NCBI RefSeq assembly: GCF_009914755.1
Contig: NC_060939.1
Reading direction: 5' to 3' (one strand)
Length of the DNA: 64,000 nucleotides
Source: the human T2T-CHM13v2.0 reference genome, Homo sapiens
The position numbers and the translations under genes were made by a program. Within the stretch, counting starts at the first letter, position 1; every line of letters starts with the position of its first letter. Under the pieces are notes generated by a model. It saw nothing but the letters and a program-made list of their open reading frames with translations. It was not told the origin of the DNA and searched no databases. Below are positions 34,188 through 46,651 of this stretch, one piece after another.

Positions 34188-34719
34188 CCTTTGAAGATTC
34201 TTAACCTTGCATTTTGCTTTCACACTTAACGCCTAGAAAGCTTGCTTTGATTTTTCCCCAACCTTTCAGCTCATTTAGCTTTAAAAAACAAAATCTCGTT
34301 CCAGGAAGAGGGGAGGGGCTTTCCAAGAGAAAATGTTCAGACGTATCAAGTTGACCTACTCAATCTAATAAATGAAGCGAAGCATTCCAAAGGCCAGAGG
34401 GGATCATCTTGCATTCATTCATAATAGCACGTTGAAATATGCAAGAAAGGAAAAGAATAAAGAACACAGGGATGTAAAAACAGTATTGCGTTTTCTTGTT
34501 CACTGATTGAATTGTAAAAAAAATAATAACAACAAACAAATCTCAGGACACTTCTTGTTTACTGATATTTTACAAAATCACTCAAGTAACAGTCTATTTC
34601 TATTATAAACAACTTGTGAGTATTTTAACTCATGCTCAAAAAATAAATAATATGGTAAGAAGTCCAAAACTTTCATCAACTAGCCCAACAACAAATGTCA
34701 GCTGAGCACCTACTCAGGC

Positions 34720-34905
34720 AGACAGTATGGTATAGTGATTAGGAATGAAACATTGGAGCCAGCTGCCTGGCTTTTAACCCCCAGTCCTCACCTACTAGCT
34801 GTGTGATCCTGGGGTAAGCGACTTAACTTCTCTGTGCTTTTTCTCTATATGCGAAACGGAAATAATGTTGTGAGAGTTAAAATGAGTTAATCAATGTAAA
34901 GCCTT
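34720..34905 (+). mobile_element. MIR
   Basis: 'tactagctgtgtgatcctggggtaagcgacttaacttctctgtgc' MIR core. Confidence 0.75.
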
Positions 34906-35032
34906 CCTGTCGGCCCTGGCCCCTGTTATGTGATCAATGTCAGATGGTTATTTTTACTTATGTTCCTATTACTGTGTTAAGAAGGGAAACACAAAAGAAT
35001 TGTTTCTACTTGCAGCATTCTTGCAGCACACT

Positions 35033-35311
35033 CAGGCGTGGTGGCTCATGCCTGTAATCTCAGCACTTTGGGAGGCCGAGGCGAGCAGATTACTTGAAGT
35101 CAGGAGTTGCAGAAGAGCCTGGCCAACATGGTGAAACCCCATCTTTACTAAAAATACAAAAATTAGCCAGGCGTGGTGGTGGGTGCCTGTAATCCCAGCT
35201 ACTCAGGAGGATGAGGCACGAGAATCACTTGAACCCGGGAGGTGGAGATTGCAGTGAGTCCAGATGACACTACTGCACTCCAGCCTGGGCGATAGAGTGA
35301 GACTCAAGTCT
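35033..35311 (+). mobile_element. AluS lacking an A tail
   Basis: Alu dimer ending 'gactcaagtctc'. Confidence 0.9.
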
Positions 35312-35744
35312 CTTATGTGGAGACGACATAAGCAATGAAGGAACAATAAATCATCATCTAACTGATTTTTAAAGTGCTCAGATTTTGGTACAGAAAATTA
35401 GAGATTAGGGCAGAGTATGATAAAGGCTCATATTCCCCTGAAGCCTAAAGGAGTGGTACAGGTGTTGGAAGTGGAAGAATGCAGGAGCGTCAGAGTCTTC
35501 ATCAAAGAGGGGACCTTATAGGGCATGTGCACCTAAGTAGGAGGGATGTGCTGGGCAGAGGAGGATGAGAATGCCAGAAAGAGTCCTGGAAAGGGGGGGA
35601 GCTGGGTGAGTTCAGCACCTCACAGAGACAGAAAGGTGATGCCAGGGAGATGACAGCTCCATTGTTGAAAAACAATATTGTCATTAACAACTGCACTCCC
35701 CTCCACTTCATGCCTATCCAGAAACAAGGGGGAACACACCAGAG

Positions 35745-35912
35745 GAATACAGGCCCATGCCACCATGCCCAGCTAATTCTTTACTATTTTTTGTAGAGAC
35801 AGGGTTTTTGCACATTGCCTAGGCTGGTCTCGAACTCCTGGGGTCAAGTGATCCGCCTGCCTCGGACTCCCAAAGTGCCGGGGTTACCGGCTTGGGCCAC
35901 TGTGCCTGGCCG
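35745..35912 (-). mobile_element. Alu monomer/FLAM fragment
   Basis: 'aggctggtctcgaactcctggggtcaagtgatccgcctgcctcgg'. Confidence 0.8.
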
Positions 35913-36439
35913 AACAAAGCTATTTGACAATATTAAAGAAACAGTTATCACACCCTTACATAATTCTATGAATAGCAGTTATAAAACATTTTCTAAGAAC
36001 TTTTTGGGGGTGATAGAAATGTAAAATTCCTAGTGGATTTACTACACTGTTGCGATTGCAATACTTACATGGTGCAAGACTAACTTTCTGAACGATTATG
36101 ACAAATGAAAGCGTAAATGCCATTTTCGGTTTTTGGAATATGAAAATACATGGAATGAGGCGCACCTCATGCTTCCACCAAACGGAACGTCTTTGGCTTC
36201 TTGCCTTAGGATCTTTCTAGCTCCTACCTTTAACATGCCTTTCCACCTCTACTGTTTATTGCTATGTGTTAGTCTCTCTTTTCTGTAAGAAAGGCATAAA
36301 TCTGGGGTGCTTTTTTCCCAAATATTCCCGCAGAAAGCCACCTTTCCAAGCACAGAATCTTATCAGTGCCTAGGAGTTCAGCCGACTTAGCACGAAGAGT
36401 GCGATGGAAGGGCTGCTTTTGGCAAACCGTCTCAACCCC

Positions 36440-37330
36440 GGGCGACGGCGGGCACGGGAGGTCAGGGAGCGCTGGAGGAAACCTGCACTGGGGTAGAAAT
36501 GGCTGGAGGAAGGCGGACCGCGGGCTCGTTCTCATGGTGCCAACCCCGGGGACCTTTCTTCAGGCTCCCTGCGGGATCCCCAGCCTCCCCTCCCCCTCGG
36601 AGCTCCGCCCCCTTCCTGGCCTCAAACTCCGAGTCCATTCAAACCTCGCCTTCCTCGCCCTGCGCGTTGTCAGGCGTGTAATTGGGGAAACTCCTCCCCG
36701 CCGGGACCGCCTCGGAGGCGCTGCCAGGGGACAGCCGCCCAGCTGCCCCCACCTCCCAGCACAGCGCACACAGCCCCGGCCTGGGCACCCGCGCCCGCTC
36801 GCGGCTCCAGGCGGGGTGGGCGGCGCCGCGCCAGGGGGTCCCCGGCGCCCATTGCTCCCGCCGCCCGGTTGCGCGGACCGGCGCTAGTGCGCGGGTGGGG
36901 GCGGCGCGCCGCGGTGGCCCGGCGTCCCGTGTGCGTCCCGTGTGCGCCCCGCGGGGGCGCGGCCAGCGCCAGAGTAGATACCTGTCCCGCCCGCCGCGGC
37001 CAGCAGCCTCGGAGGAAGCCAGGGCAAAGAGGGCCGGCGGAGACCAGGTCCGCGCCGGAGGAAGCCGCGCCCGGCCGAGGCCCCGGACCCTGCGCCCCGA
37101 GCTCCACGGCACCATGGCCCCGAAGCTGCTGCTCCTCCTCTGCCTGTTCTCGGGCTTGCACGCGCGGTAAGTGGCGCGGGGGCCGCATCCCCGGAGGCCC
37201 CGAGCTGGGCGACAGGGCGGCGGGGGGCGCTGTCTGCTGGAGTCCCTGGCGCGCCAGCCGTCGGCTGGGCTGCGGCACGGCGGGCCGGGAGGGGACTGGG
37301 AAGTCGGTCTGCACCTCACCTGTCCCAGCT
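36440..37330 (+). promoter_or_regulatory. GABRG3: GABRG3 CpG-island promoter / 5' UTR
   Basis: Very high GC and CpG density, GC boxes, no TATA box; surrounds exon 1. Confidence 0.9.
37114..37166 (+). CDS. GABRG3: GABA-A receptor gamma-3 exon 1 coding part (signal peptide MAPKLLLLLCLFSGLHAR)
   Basis: Strong Kozak accATGg; 53 nt; donor cg|gtaagt; phase matches exon 2. Confidence 0.97.
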
Positions 37331-40300
37331 CCCTTGGACACGGTCATCTGCTTTTTCCTCTGCAGCCGGGAGTGTGGGGACTCAGATTAATGGGCTCGTC
37401 TCCTGACGCTTTTAGGATCTGGTGGTTTTAAGGGGTTTTGAGAACCAGGTTCAGGGGGCAGGGGCCATTTCTGGCTCCTTACCGACCCCTAATTCCCACC
37501 TCAGCTGTTTCAGGGGCTCACACACACACACACTTTGGCTGACATTCTCTGTCATTTCCATCACTCTGAAATTTCCAAGAACCCGGGAACCGTGGTTCTA
37601 ACTGCCTAGTTTAGACCGGGCTGGAAAGAGCTAATGCATTGGAGGCAGGCGCGGGGGGATTGGAACCAGGTGGGCAGAAGAAAGCCCTGCTTGTCTGGGA
37701 GGACTCCCCTCCCAGGTCCTGCAAACACACACACACACCTTCCACATCAGCCACTTTCACACAGAGGAACACACGCACTCCCACCCCCATAAAGCACGCA
37801 TGTCGAAATGGATAATAAGGCTTCTGCCTGGTAATGTAAGAAATCATCTCACCATAAATTCCGCAACCTTCCTCCCAGTACACCAACCGGCTAATGGGAG
37901 CTTAGAATCACTCTAGAAGAGATGAAGAGGGCGCATGAGGATACAAGGACAGTGGGACCCAAAGGGTTAAATCCTGTTGCTGTAAACACAACTGGAGATT
38001 CTGGGTTTAGTTTCTTTAATTCTGTCTCTCTGGCTGGATTTCTGGCTAGAGCTTGCAGACTGTCCTGTTATTTGAAAATTGGAGCAGTGTCTGGCCTTTA
38101 CCTCTTTCCCCACCCTAGGAAGCTCAGCGTGCCCCTATCCCCCAAACCCTCTTGTTTTGACGCTTCTCCATTTCCTGGGTCTGGGAGCTAGAGAATCAGA
38201 GGGCATCCTTGCGTGCACAAGCCTGGCCACCATCAGGAGGCAATGCCAGGAGGCCTTGCCTTTTCATTCCTATTTGTGAACTACCAAGGAGCTAGGAAGA
38301 CACATGAATAAATCCTACTAAACATGAAGGGGGCCCCCAGTTCTCACTCCTGAATTGGGCAGGGGTGCTTACCTTGAGGAAGGAAGCCCTGGCCCTCCCC
38401 CTTGCAACTGCTCCTCTTTGCTGAGTTGAGTGTGGAAGCCGACTCCACCGGTGACTCACAGGCAACTCTTTCAAAGAGACAGAGCACTCCTTGGGCCTTT
38501 CAGCTGAAGTTTCTTTCTGTCTCAAGAGGCAGCTGGTGCAAGCAATGGAAACATGCTTTCTGAGGTTGCTTCTTCCTGGTTGTATCTCTGTTTAGAGATG
38601 GAGAGGGAGGCAGACAGCACCGGGCATAACGCTGAGGCCGGCAGTCACATCTCTGCCACCTTTCTATTGCCACCAACTCAAACGAGTGACCAGCCGTTCA
38701 GGGTTCAGTAATCAACTGTTTAGGTCTCTGGATTCTTAACATTCTAGAAGAAACACTGCCTATTGTCCTCACTACTGCATGTGCTTAGTAGGAAGATACC
38801 TCAGCCTCTGCCTTAAAACAGTCCGGTTACTGGGGATTCCCAAATATACACAAAATCTCTTGGGATTCTTCATCCTTCCATTCTACTAAGACAGACATAA
38901 TGATTTTCATTTGTTCTCTATTTGGGCTCGTTCCCCAGCTTTCATAATAGAGCTTGCAGATCAGTTAAAAAATCCAAATTTTATACTAACTTTATTGCTA
39001 TATGCCTCTTCTTTGAGAGTGTCTTTGTTCTCTGAATGGGTTTTACAGACATGTGAAATAATCTGATGTGCAGTGTCATCTTTCAAAACTGTTTTAAATT
39101 TGGAGGGGTTTCTCATTTGCACTCTGAGTCCCTTCCTGCTGTGGAAGTTCCTTGGATAAGGGTCTGATGGCTGTGCTTTGTGGTGATGGCTCAGCAGCTC
39201 CCCAGAAGGGGGGACTCCCCATTTTGACACCCATGGGCATCATAAAACGCACTGATTCCCACTCAGACCTTGGTGATGCCTTAACTGCTTTCTGAGGTTT
39301 AGGAACTCCTTTTAATGCTTAAAAATACTTCAGACTTTTTCTCTGTCCTTCCGCTTTAAGCTAAGGTGTAAGACATGAAAATAACATCTGAAGGTTGAGT
39401 TGTTGTTTGACTATGACAATACATCACTGATTTATTTTTAAGGAAAAGCTAATTTCAGTAATGGTGTTTAGGATCCAACAATGCAAGTAACAGTGCTCAT
39501 AAAGATTATATATAACTTACTTAGAATTTAGGGAAAAGAGAATATTTCTATATTATCCACATTCTAATGGGTCCCCTGAGATGAGATTTCATTTTTGTCA
39601 AAGCAAGGATTTTCCTGTGGGCCTGGTGGTCTGGCACTAGCAATGTGAGGCTTCTATTTCATTTTCAGGATTTGAGGGAGAAGGGTGCTCACTGCCCAGG
39701 GACCTAGAGCATCTCGGCCTCACTCTGCCCACTGCCTACCCAACCAGGCTACACAGCTGGGGCCCTGATATGCCTCCCAAAGGGGTGGAAGAGAACGTTC
39801 CTGCTTTCTTTTTCTTGGTCCCCCTCACTGCCACCTGTCCTGGCCTCTAAGGAGGAAGCGCTTGCAATTTCAGGAAAACCCTCTCATCACCACTAGAGGG
39901 AGAATTAGGCTTATTACAATACCTGTAAGTAGCTGGAAGTAATTTTTAAAAACTAAGGCTGCGTATATAGAGAATGATGAAAAGCTGGTTACTGTGCTCG
40001 GTTTGTGTGTATGTGATTATCAGGGCCATAGACAATAACACAGGGTGGAGGCTGTGGTCTGGCTCTGTAGTGGTGGGGGTAGGAGAGGGGAGGAGAACGG
40101 GAGGGGAGGGGAAGAAGAGTGAGGCAGACCCCCTCACAGTGCCCAAGACAGAGACAGCAGAGGGAGGGAGGAAGGCACCTGGGCTGAGTCGCCAAGTGTC
40201 CTGAGCATGTTGTGCCTGATTCTGCTGAGATGAGCTACCGGCCTCTCCTCACTGCCCCAGATGCCCTTGCTGTGGAGTGATTTGCCCTGTCCCGTGGGCA

Positions 40301-40419
40301 GTGCTTGATTCCCAGCTATCTAAATGCTTCAACCTGCTCTTTAAGTTTTAAAAAATTTTTGCAAGATGATAAAATTAACATTTCTGATAATATTTCAGAT
40401 GACACGAAATATTTTTTAA

Positions 40420-40788
<369 letters not shown>

Positions 40789-42572
40789 TAGTATTACTTG
40801 TAAATGTTCACTTTAATAAATAATGAAATGCAACATATTCCTTACTGAATAGGTGCCCCACATTTAAAAATTCCTATCGATCGTGAATATCCAATGTGCA
40901 TAAAAATCAACAGCAATTTATAGTTTCTATGGATGATTCAATTTAACCTTCTAGCCAATAGGTACTCAAGAAATAGAGTTATACTTTAAGATCAGCCTAG
41001 GAAAAACGTAAGTGGGGAAGTCATTCTTTGAGACATATGCCGTATACTCATTGTCAACATCTCTCATTTATGTACATGTTCATACAGGTGTAGACTATCT
41101 GGCCAACACTCTAGTCTACGTTATGGCTAGTTAACACGCTTTAAAAGACTCATGTATATATTACATAAATATGCATGTGCATATATATGAAGACCTAAAT
41201 TAAGTGGAAAAAATGAATATGAAATTTTATTTTTTAAATTAACATCTTGTTAATTATAGATAATTTAGACAATTCTCAAAATTAAGTTCCAGAAACTTAT
41301 ATCCCAGAGCACAAGTGTCCTGACATGACACTAACATTCTGGCTCCCATCTGGGAAGCTAAACAGAAAAGAGTTCATATACAGTCAGGACAAATCCGCTT
41401 CCGTGCAGTTTTCAATTCTTTTTATTCTCTTCTGTGAAGAAAAAGTCACTAAAGCATCCACACTGACAAACTAGAAAGGAAAAGTTTGGTTTGTTTCACA
41501 TGCTTTCTTGCTGGGGTCAATGGTAGTCTGCCTGGAAATGCTGCTTTAAGGCAGAAAGAGACTGTCTGCTCTCCAAGCCCAAATAACTATGGTGTTGAGA
41601 CGGCCTCACTCATTGAGAAAACCAGCTTGTCAAGTACAAGTGTGTGCCAATTATAAACCAAACATTTTTTAAAAAACCCAAAACTGCAGAACCAAAAAAA
41701 AAAAAGGGAAAACTAGCCGGTCATCCTGAGGCCTCTCCATTCAGGCACTCCTGTCAGTGTGTGTCACACGGGAGAGGAGGCTGTCCAGCTCCTCCCTGCA
41801 CAAAACAAGCTCAGAGATGCCCAGGCATTCACTGAGACTCATTTACTAAGAAGTCAGAATGTTGAAGACTTATTAGAAAGCTTAGTTCTTCATGTCTGTG
41901 TTAGCCTGCTGTGCAGGAGATGAATCAGTTTGTGTTGACCGAGGCGTGCAAGATTGCTAGAGGGTCTTCACCAGTCATCAGCGAACATCGCTGTCCTTGC
42001 CTCCAATCTGAGTGCCGGCAAAGCAGACCCCCTCACAATGCTCAAGTGCCTAGACCCCCAGATTGCCGCCTCCAAGAGAAGCACTGAGTCAGACTCAACT
42101 ATTTTGAATGAGTCCACTCTGCAAAAGCTAATCTCACCTTCAACGAAAATGAGGTCTTGGTGGTCAGGGTGGAAACACCACGATGCAGTCACCATATAGA
42201 AAACCTCTAGAAGGTTTGTGCCTTGACCTTCACAGGCTATCGGGGTGGATCCAAGGGTGTGTTGCCTGCTGGTTGGCCCTCTGGTGTTGTTTACCTGCCA
42301 CGTTGTCTGTAGTTTAACTGGGATGGGGGATGGTCTTCTGGCATTTAATAAAAACATACCATGTTAATAGCAGTAGCATTCTTCCTATGGAATCATTCGT
42401 ATTTTGTGTTTCTTTCTTTTTAGAAAATATTTTCGGGTTTTCACGTGTGTGGTTGGGCTGTGGGTACTGGGGACTTTCTACCCATTTCATGGTACTTGGA
42501 TAGGACAAACTTAGGCTCTTCCTAGAGCCATTGCTGCCACTTATATGTCGCATTTTTGTGCTGTAACTCCAG

Positions 42573-42721
42573 GTCCAGAAAGGTGGAAGAGGATGAATAT
42601 GAAGATTCATCATCAAACCAAAAGTGGGTCTTGGCTCCAAAATCCCAAGACACCGACGTGACTCTTATTCTCAACAAGTTGCTAAGAGAATATGATAAAA
42701 AGCTGAGGCCAGATATTGGAA
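42573..42721 (+). CDS. GABRG3: GABRG3 exon 2 ([49 protein letters not shown])
   Basis: 149 bp, 'ctccag|' acceptor, 'a|gtgagt' donor; Cys-loop N-terminal YDKKLRP motif. Confidence 0.97.
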
Positions 42722-45700
42722 GTGAGTGTTGTTTTTTGTTATTCTAATAGAAAAATATGCTGTAGTGATATGAAGTTTTTACTTTTGAGTAATTGTGAAT
42801 TCCAAGAGTATTGCAAAGATAGTGCAGAAAGGTTTCCTGTACTTGTCACACAATAGATAACTTAGTGTGATACCAAACCAGGAGACTGACACTGGTGCCA
42901 TGCAGGAACGTGGCTCTGTGTCATTTTATCCCATGTAGACTTATGTAATGATCCTTGCAGTCAAGATACAGAACTCCTTCATCAACCGAAAGTGGATCTC
43001 GTATCACCTCTTGCTATCCCTTTACTGTCACATCTGCTTCCTTCCCCCAAAATTTCTAACCATTGTCAGCCTCAAATTTGTTCAATTTGTTATTTTATTT
43101 TTATTTATTTTTTTGTCATTTTGAGAATGTCACGTACATGGAATCATTGACCTTTTGAGACTGGCTTTTCTTTATTCAGCAAAATGATTTTGAGATTCAT
43201 TCAAGTTGTTACATGTGTCAGTAGTTTGTTCTTTTTTACTGCTGAATAGTTGTTCATGGTATGAGTGTATCACAGCTTCTTTAGCCATTCATCTGTTGGG
43301 GAACATTTTGATTGTTTCCTGTTTTTGTCTATTGCAAATAAAATGACTGAGCACATTTATATACAGGTTTCTATGTGAGCATAAGATTGTATTTTTGGGA
43401 TAAATGCCCAGGAGTACGATTGCTGGGTTGTGCGACAGCAGTATGTTTAATTGCTTAAGGAACCGTCAAACTGTTTTCCAAAGTGGATACACTATTTTTC
43501 GTTTCCCCCAGCAATATCTGAGAGATCCAGTTTCTTTGTGTCCTCACCAGCAACTGGTATTTTCACTATTTTTTATTTTAGCTGCTCTAATAGGTATATA
43601 TTTAATAGGTTGATACCTCATTGTTGTCTTAATTTACATTTCCCTAATTGTTAGTGATACTGAACTCTTCTTTTATTTTATTTATTTATTTATTTTGCCA
43701 TCAGTATAGCCTTCTCATTGAATTGTCCCTTCATGTTATTTGCCCTTTTAAAAATTGGATTATTTGGTCTTATTTTATTTTTTTACTGCTGAAATTGAGA
43801 GTTCTCTGTATATCCTAGGTATGATCCTTTATGTCAAATATGTAGTTTGCTTTTCATCCTTTTAATAGCATCTTTCACAGAGGAAAAGTTTCTAATATTG
43901 ATGAAATCCAATTTATTGATTTTTTTTTTATGGAGCATGCTTTTAGAGTATTGTCTAAGAATTCTGCATGAAGCCCTAGCTCTTGAAAATTTTCTCCTTT
44001 GTGTTCTTCTGAAAGTTTTGTAATTTCATCCTTTACATTTTAATTTGTTATGTTTTGATTTTTATATAAAATAAATATGTAAGATTTAGATCTAATTTCT
44101 TTTCCCCACCCTCCATGGATGCCCAATTACTCCAGCACCATTTGTTGGAGAGACTATCCTTCCTTGACTGAATTGCTTTTATGAAGTTGTCAAAAATCAG
44201 CTGGCTTGACTGGTGTGGGTTATTTCTGGTTCTCCGTTTCGCTCTGTTTTATCTGTGTGTCTGTCACTCTGTCAATACCCACAATTTTTATTACCATAGC
44301 TGTATAATAAATCTTCAAATTGGATCAAGTAATTCAACCTCTTTATTCCTCCTTTTCAACATTAGCTCATCTTAACTTCTAATAGTTCGTATGCTTTTCA
44401 ATATACATTTTAGAATAGTTTTCTCCGTAACTACAGAAAAATCCTGCTGGGATTTGGTAGGAGTTTGTTAAGTGTAGATATCAATCTGGAAAGAACTGGC
44501 ATCTCTACTATGTTGCATCTTCCAATCCATGCATATGATAGGTCTCTTCATTATTTAGATCTTCTTTATGTTCTTGTATCAGTGGTTTCTAGTTTTCAAG
44601 AGGTATGTCCTGAATGTATTTTGTTAGATTTATGACTAAGTATTTTGTTTTTTGGAGCAATTGCGAATAGTACTGTATTTTAACATTTCATTTTGCCTGT
44701 GTTAATTTCTAATATACATAAATACAATTGATTTTGGTATGTTGGTGTGTTCTCTGACTTGCTGAACTTATTAGTTATAGAAGTTTGGGACTTTTTTTGT
44801 TTGTTTGTTTTGTAGGTTCCTTGGCATTTTCTATGTACACCATCATTGTCATCTGCAAATAAGGAGAGTGTTCATTCTTGCTCTCCAATCTGAGTATCTT
44901 TTATTTATTTTTTCTTGCCTGTTGCACTGGCTAGAACTCCCAGCACTGTGTTGAACAGCAGTGGTGTGAATGGACATCTCTGCCTTGTTCTAGATCTTAG
45001 GGGCAAAGCCTTCAGTCTTTCCCCATAAAGTATGATATTAGCTGGAGGTATTTTGTACATGTTCTTTATCCAGTTGAGAAAGTTCTCTCTATTCCTAGTA
45101 TTCTGATACATTAAAAAAAAGTTTCATGATACTTAAAAAAATCATGAATGGGCTTTGAATTTCACCAAAGACTTCCTTTTACTGCATCAATTGGTATGAT
45201 TTTATGATTTTTTTCTTTAGTCTGTCAATATGGTGGATTATATTAATTGATTTTCAAATATTGAATCAGTATTGCATTCCTGGAGTAAATCCCACTTAGT
45301 CATGGTGTTTAATAATACCTCCTTTTGTATATTGCTGAATTCTGTTTGTTAATATTTTGTTAAGGATTTTTGCATGTCTATGTTTAAGGGACTATTTTTT
45401 TGAGTCTTGGGTAATATGAGCTTTATACAATGGGTTGGGACGTACTCCCTCATCTTCTGTTTTCTAGAAAAGATTATATAAGGGTTTGTGTTAATTCTTT
45501 AAATGTTTGATAGAATTCTCCAGTGATACCCTCTGGGCCAGGAGATTTCTTTTCTGGGAGTTATTTCATTTCCTTAATAAGTCTATTCAAATTATCACTT
45601 TCATATTAGGGTTGTGGTGGTTTTTTTCAAGAAATTGGTCCATTTCTTTAAAGTTGTCAAATTTATATGTTTAGCATTGTTCATGATATTCCCTCATAAT

Positions 45701-45966
45701 CTTTTGTGATGTCTGTAGGACCTATAATAATATCCCTGCTTCATTTCTGATACTGGTAACTTGTGTCATCTTCCTTTTTTTGTCAGTCTTGCTAGAGGTT
45801 TATTTTATTGACCTTTTTAAAGAACCAACTTTTTGTATGATAGTTTTTCTGTTATTTTTGTTCCCAATTACATCAATTTTGCTTTTATACTTATTATTTC
45901 CTTTATTTTTCTTGCTTTGGGTTTATTTTGGTTTTCTTCTTTTTGAAGTAGAACTTAGATTCTTTT

Positions 45967-46278
<312 letters not shown>

Positions 46279-46452
46279 TTATTTGAGACTATTCTTTTCT
46301 TATGTAAGAACTTTTCCTTTTTGTACTTCTTTAATTTCATCCCATGAATTTTGGTATGTTGTATTTTCATTTTCATTCAGTTAAATGTATTTTTTAATTT
46401 CCCTTGAGATTTTTTTCTTTAACTCATGAATTATTTAGAAGCCTGTTTTGTA

Positions 46453-46651
46453 GGGGAACAGCAGACACTGGGGTCTATCTGAGGGTGGAGGGTGGGAGGA
46501 GGGAAAGGATCAGCAAATATAACTAATGGATACTAGGCTAATTACCTGGGTGATGAAATAATCTGTACAACAAATTTCCATGACATGAGTTTATCTATAT
46601 AAGAAACCTGCACATGTACCCCTGAAGTTAAAATAAAAGTTTTTTAAAAAA
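46453..46651 (+). mobile_element. Short older L1PA 3' end
   Basis: 'gagggtggagggtgggaggaggg...ctgtacaacaaa...ctgcacatgtacccctgaa' then A-rich end. Confidence 0.85.

Noticed and set aside
35611-35632. RE1/NRSE-like TTCAGCACC half site upstream of GABRG3
   Set aside because: Right half GGACAG is absent at canonical spacing (gagacag after a longer gap); the other half site at ~37226 is also incomplete
36366-37431. Several long overlapping Arg/Pro/Gly-rich ORFs, including a stop-free frame upstream of the GABRG3 ATG
   Set aside because: CpG-island composition lacks stop codons; the ATG has a strong Kozak context and begins a signal peptide
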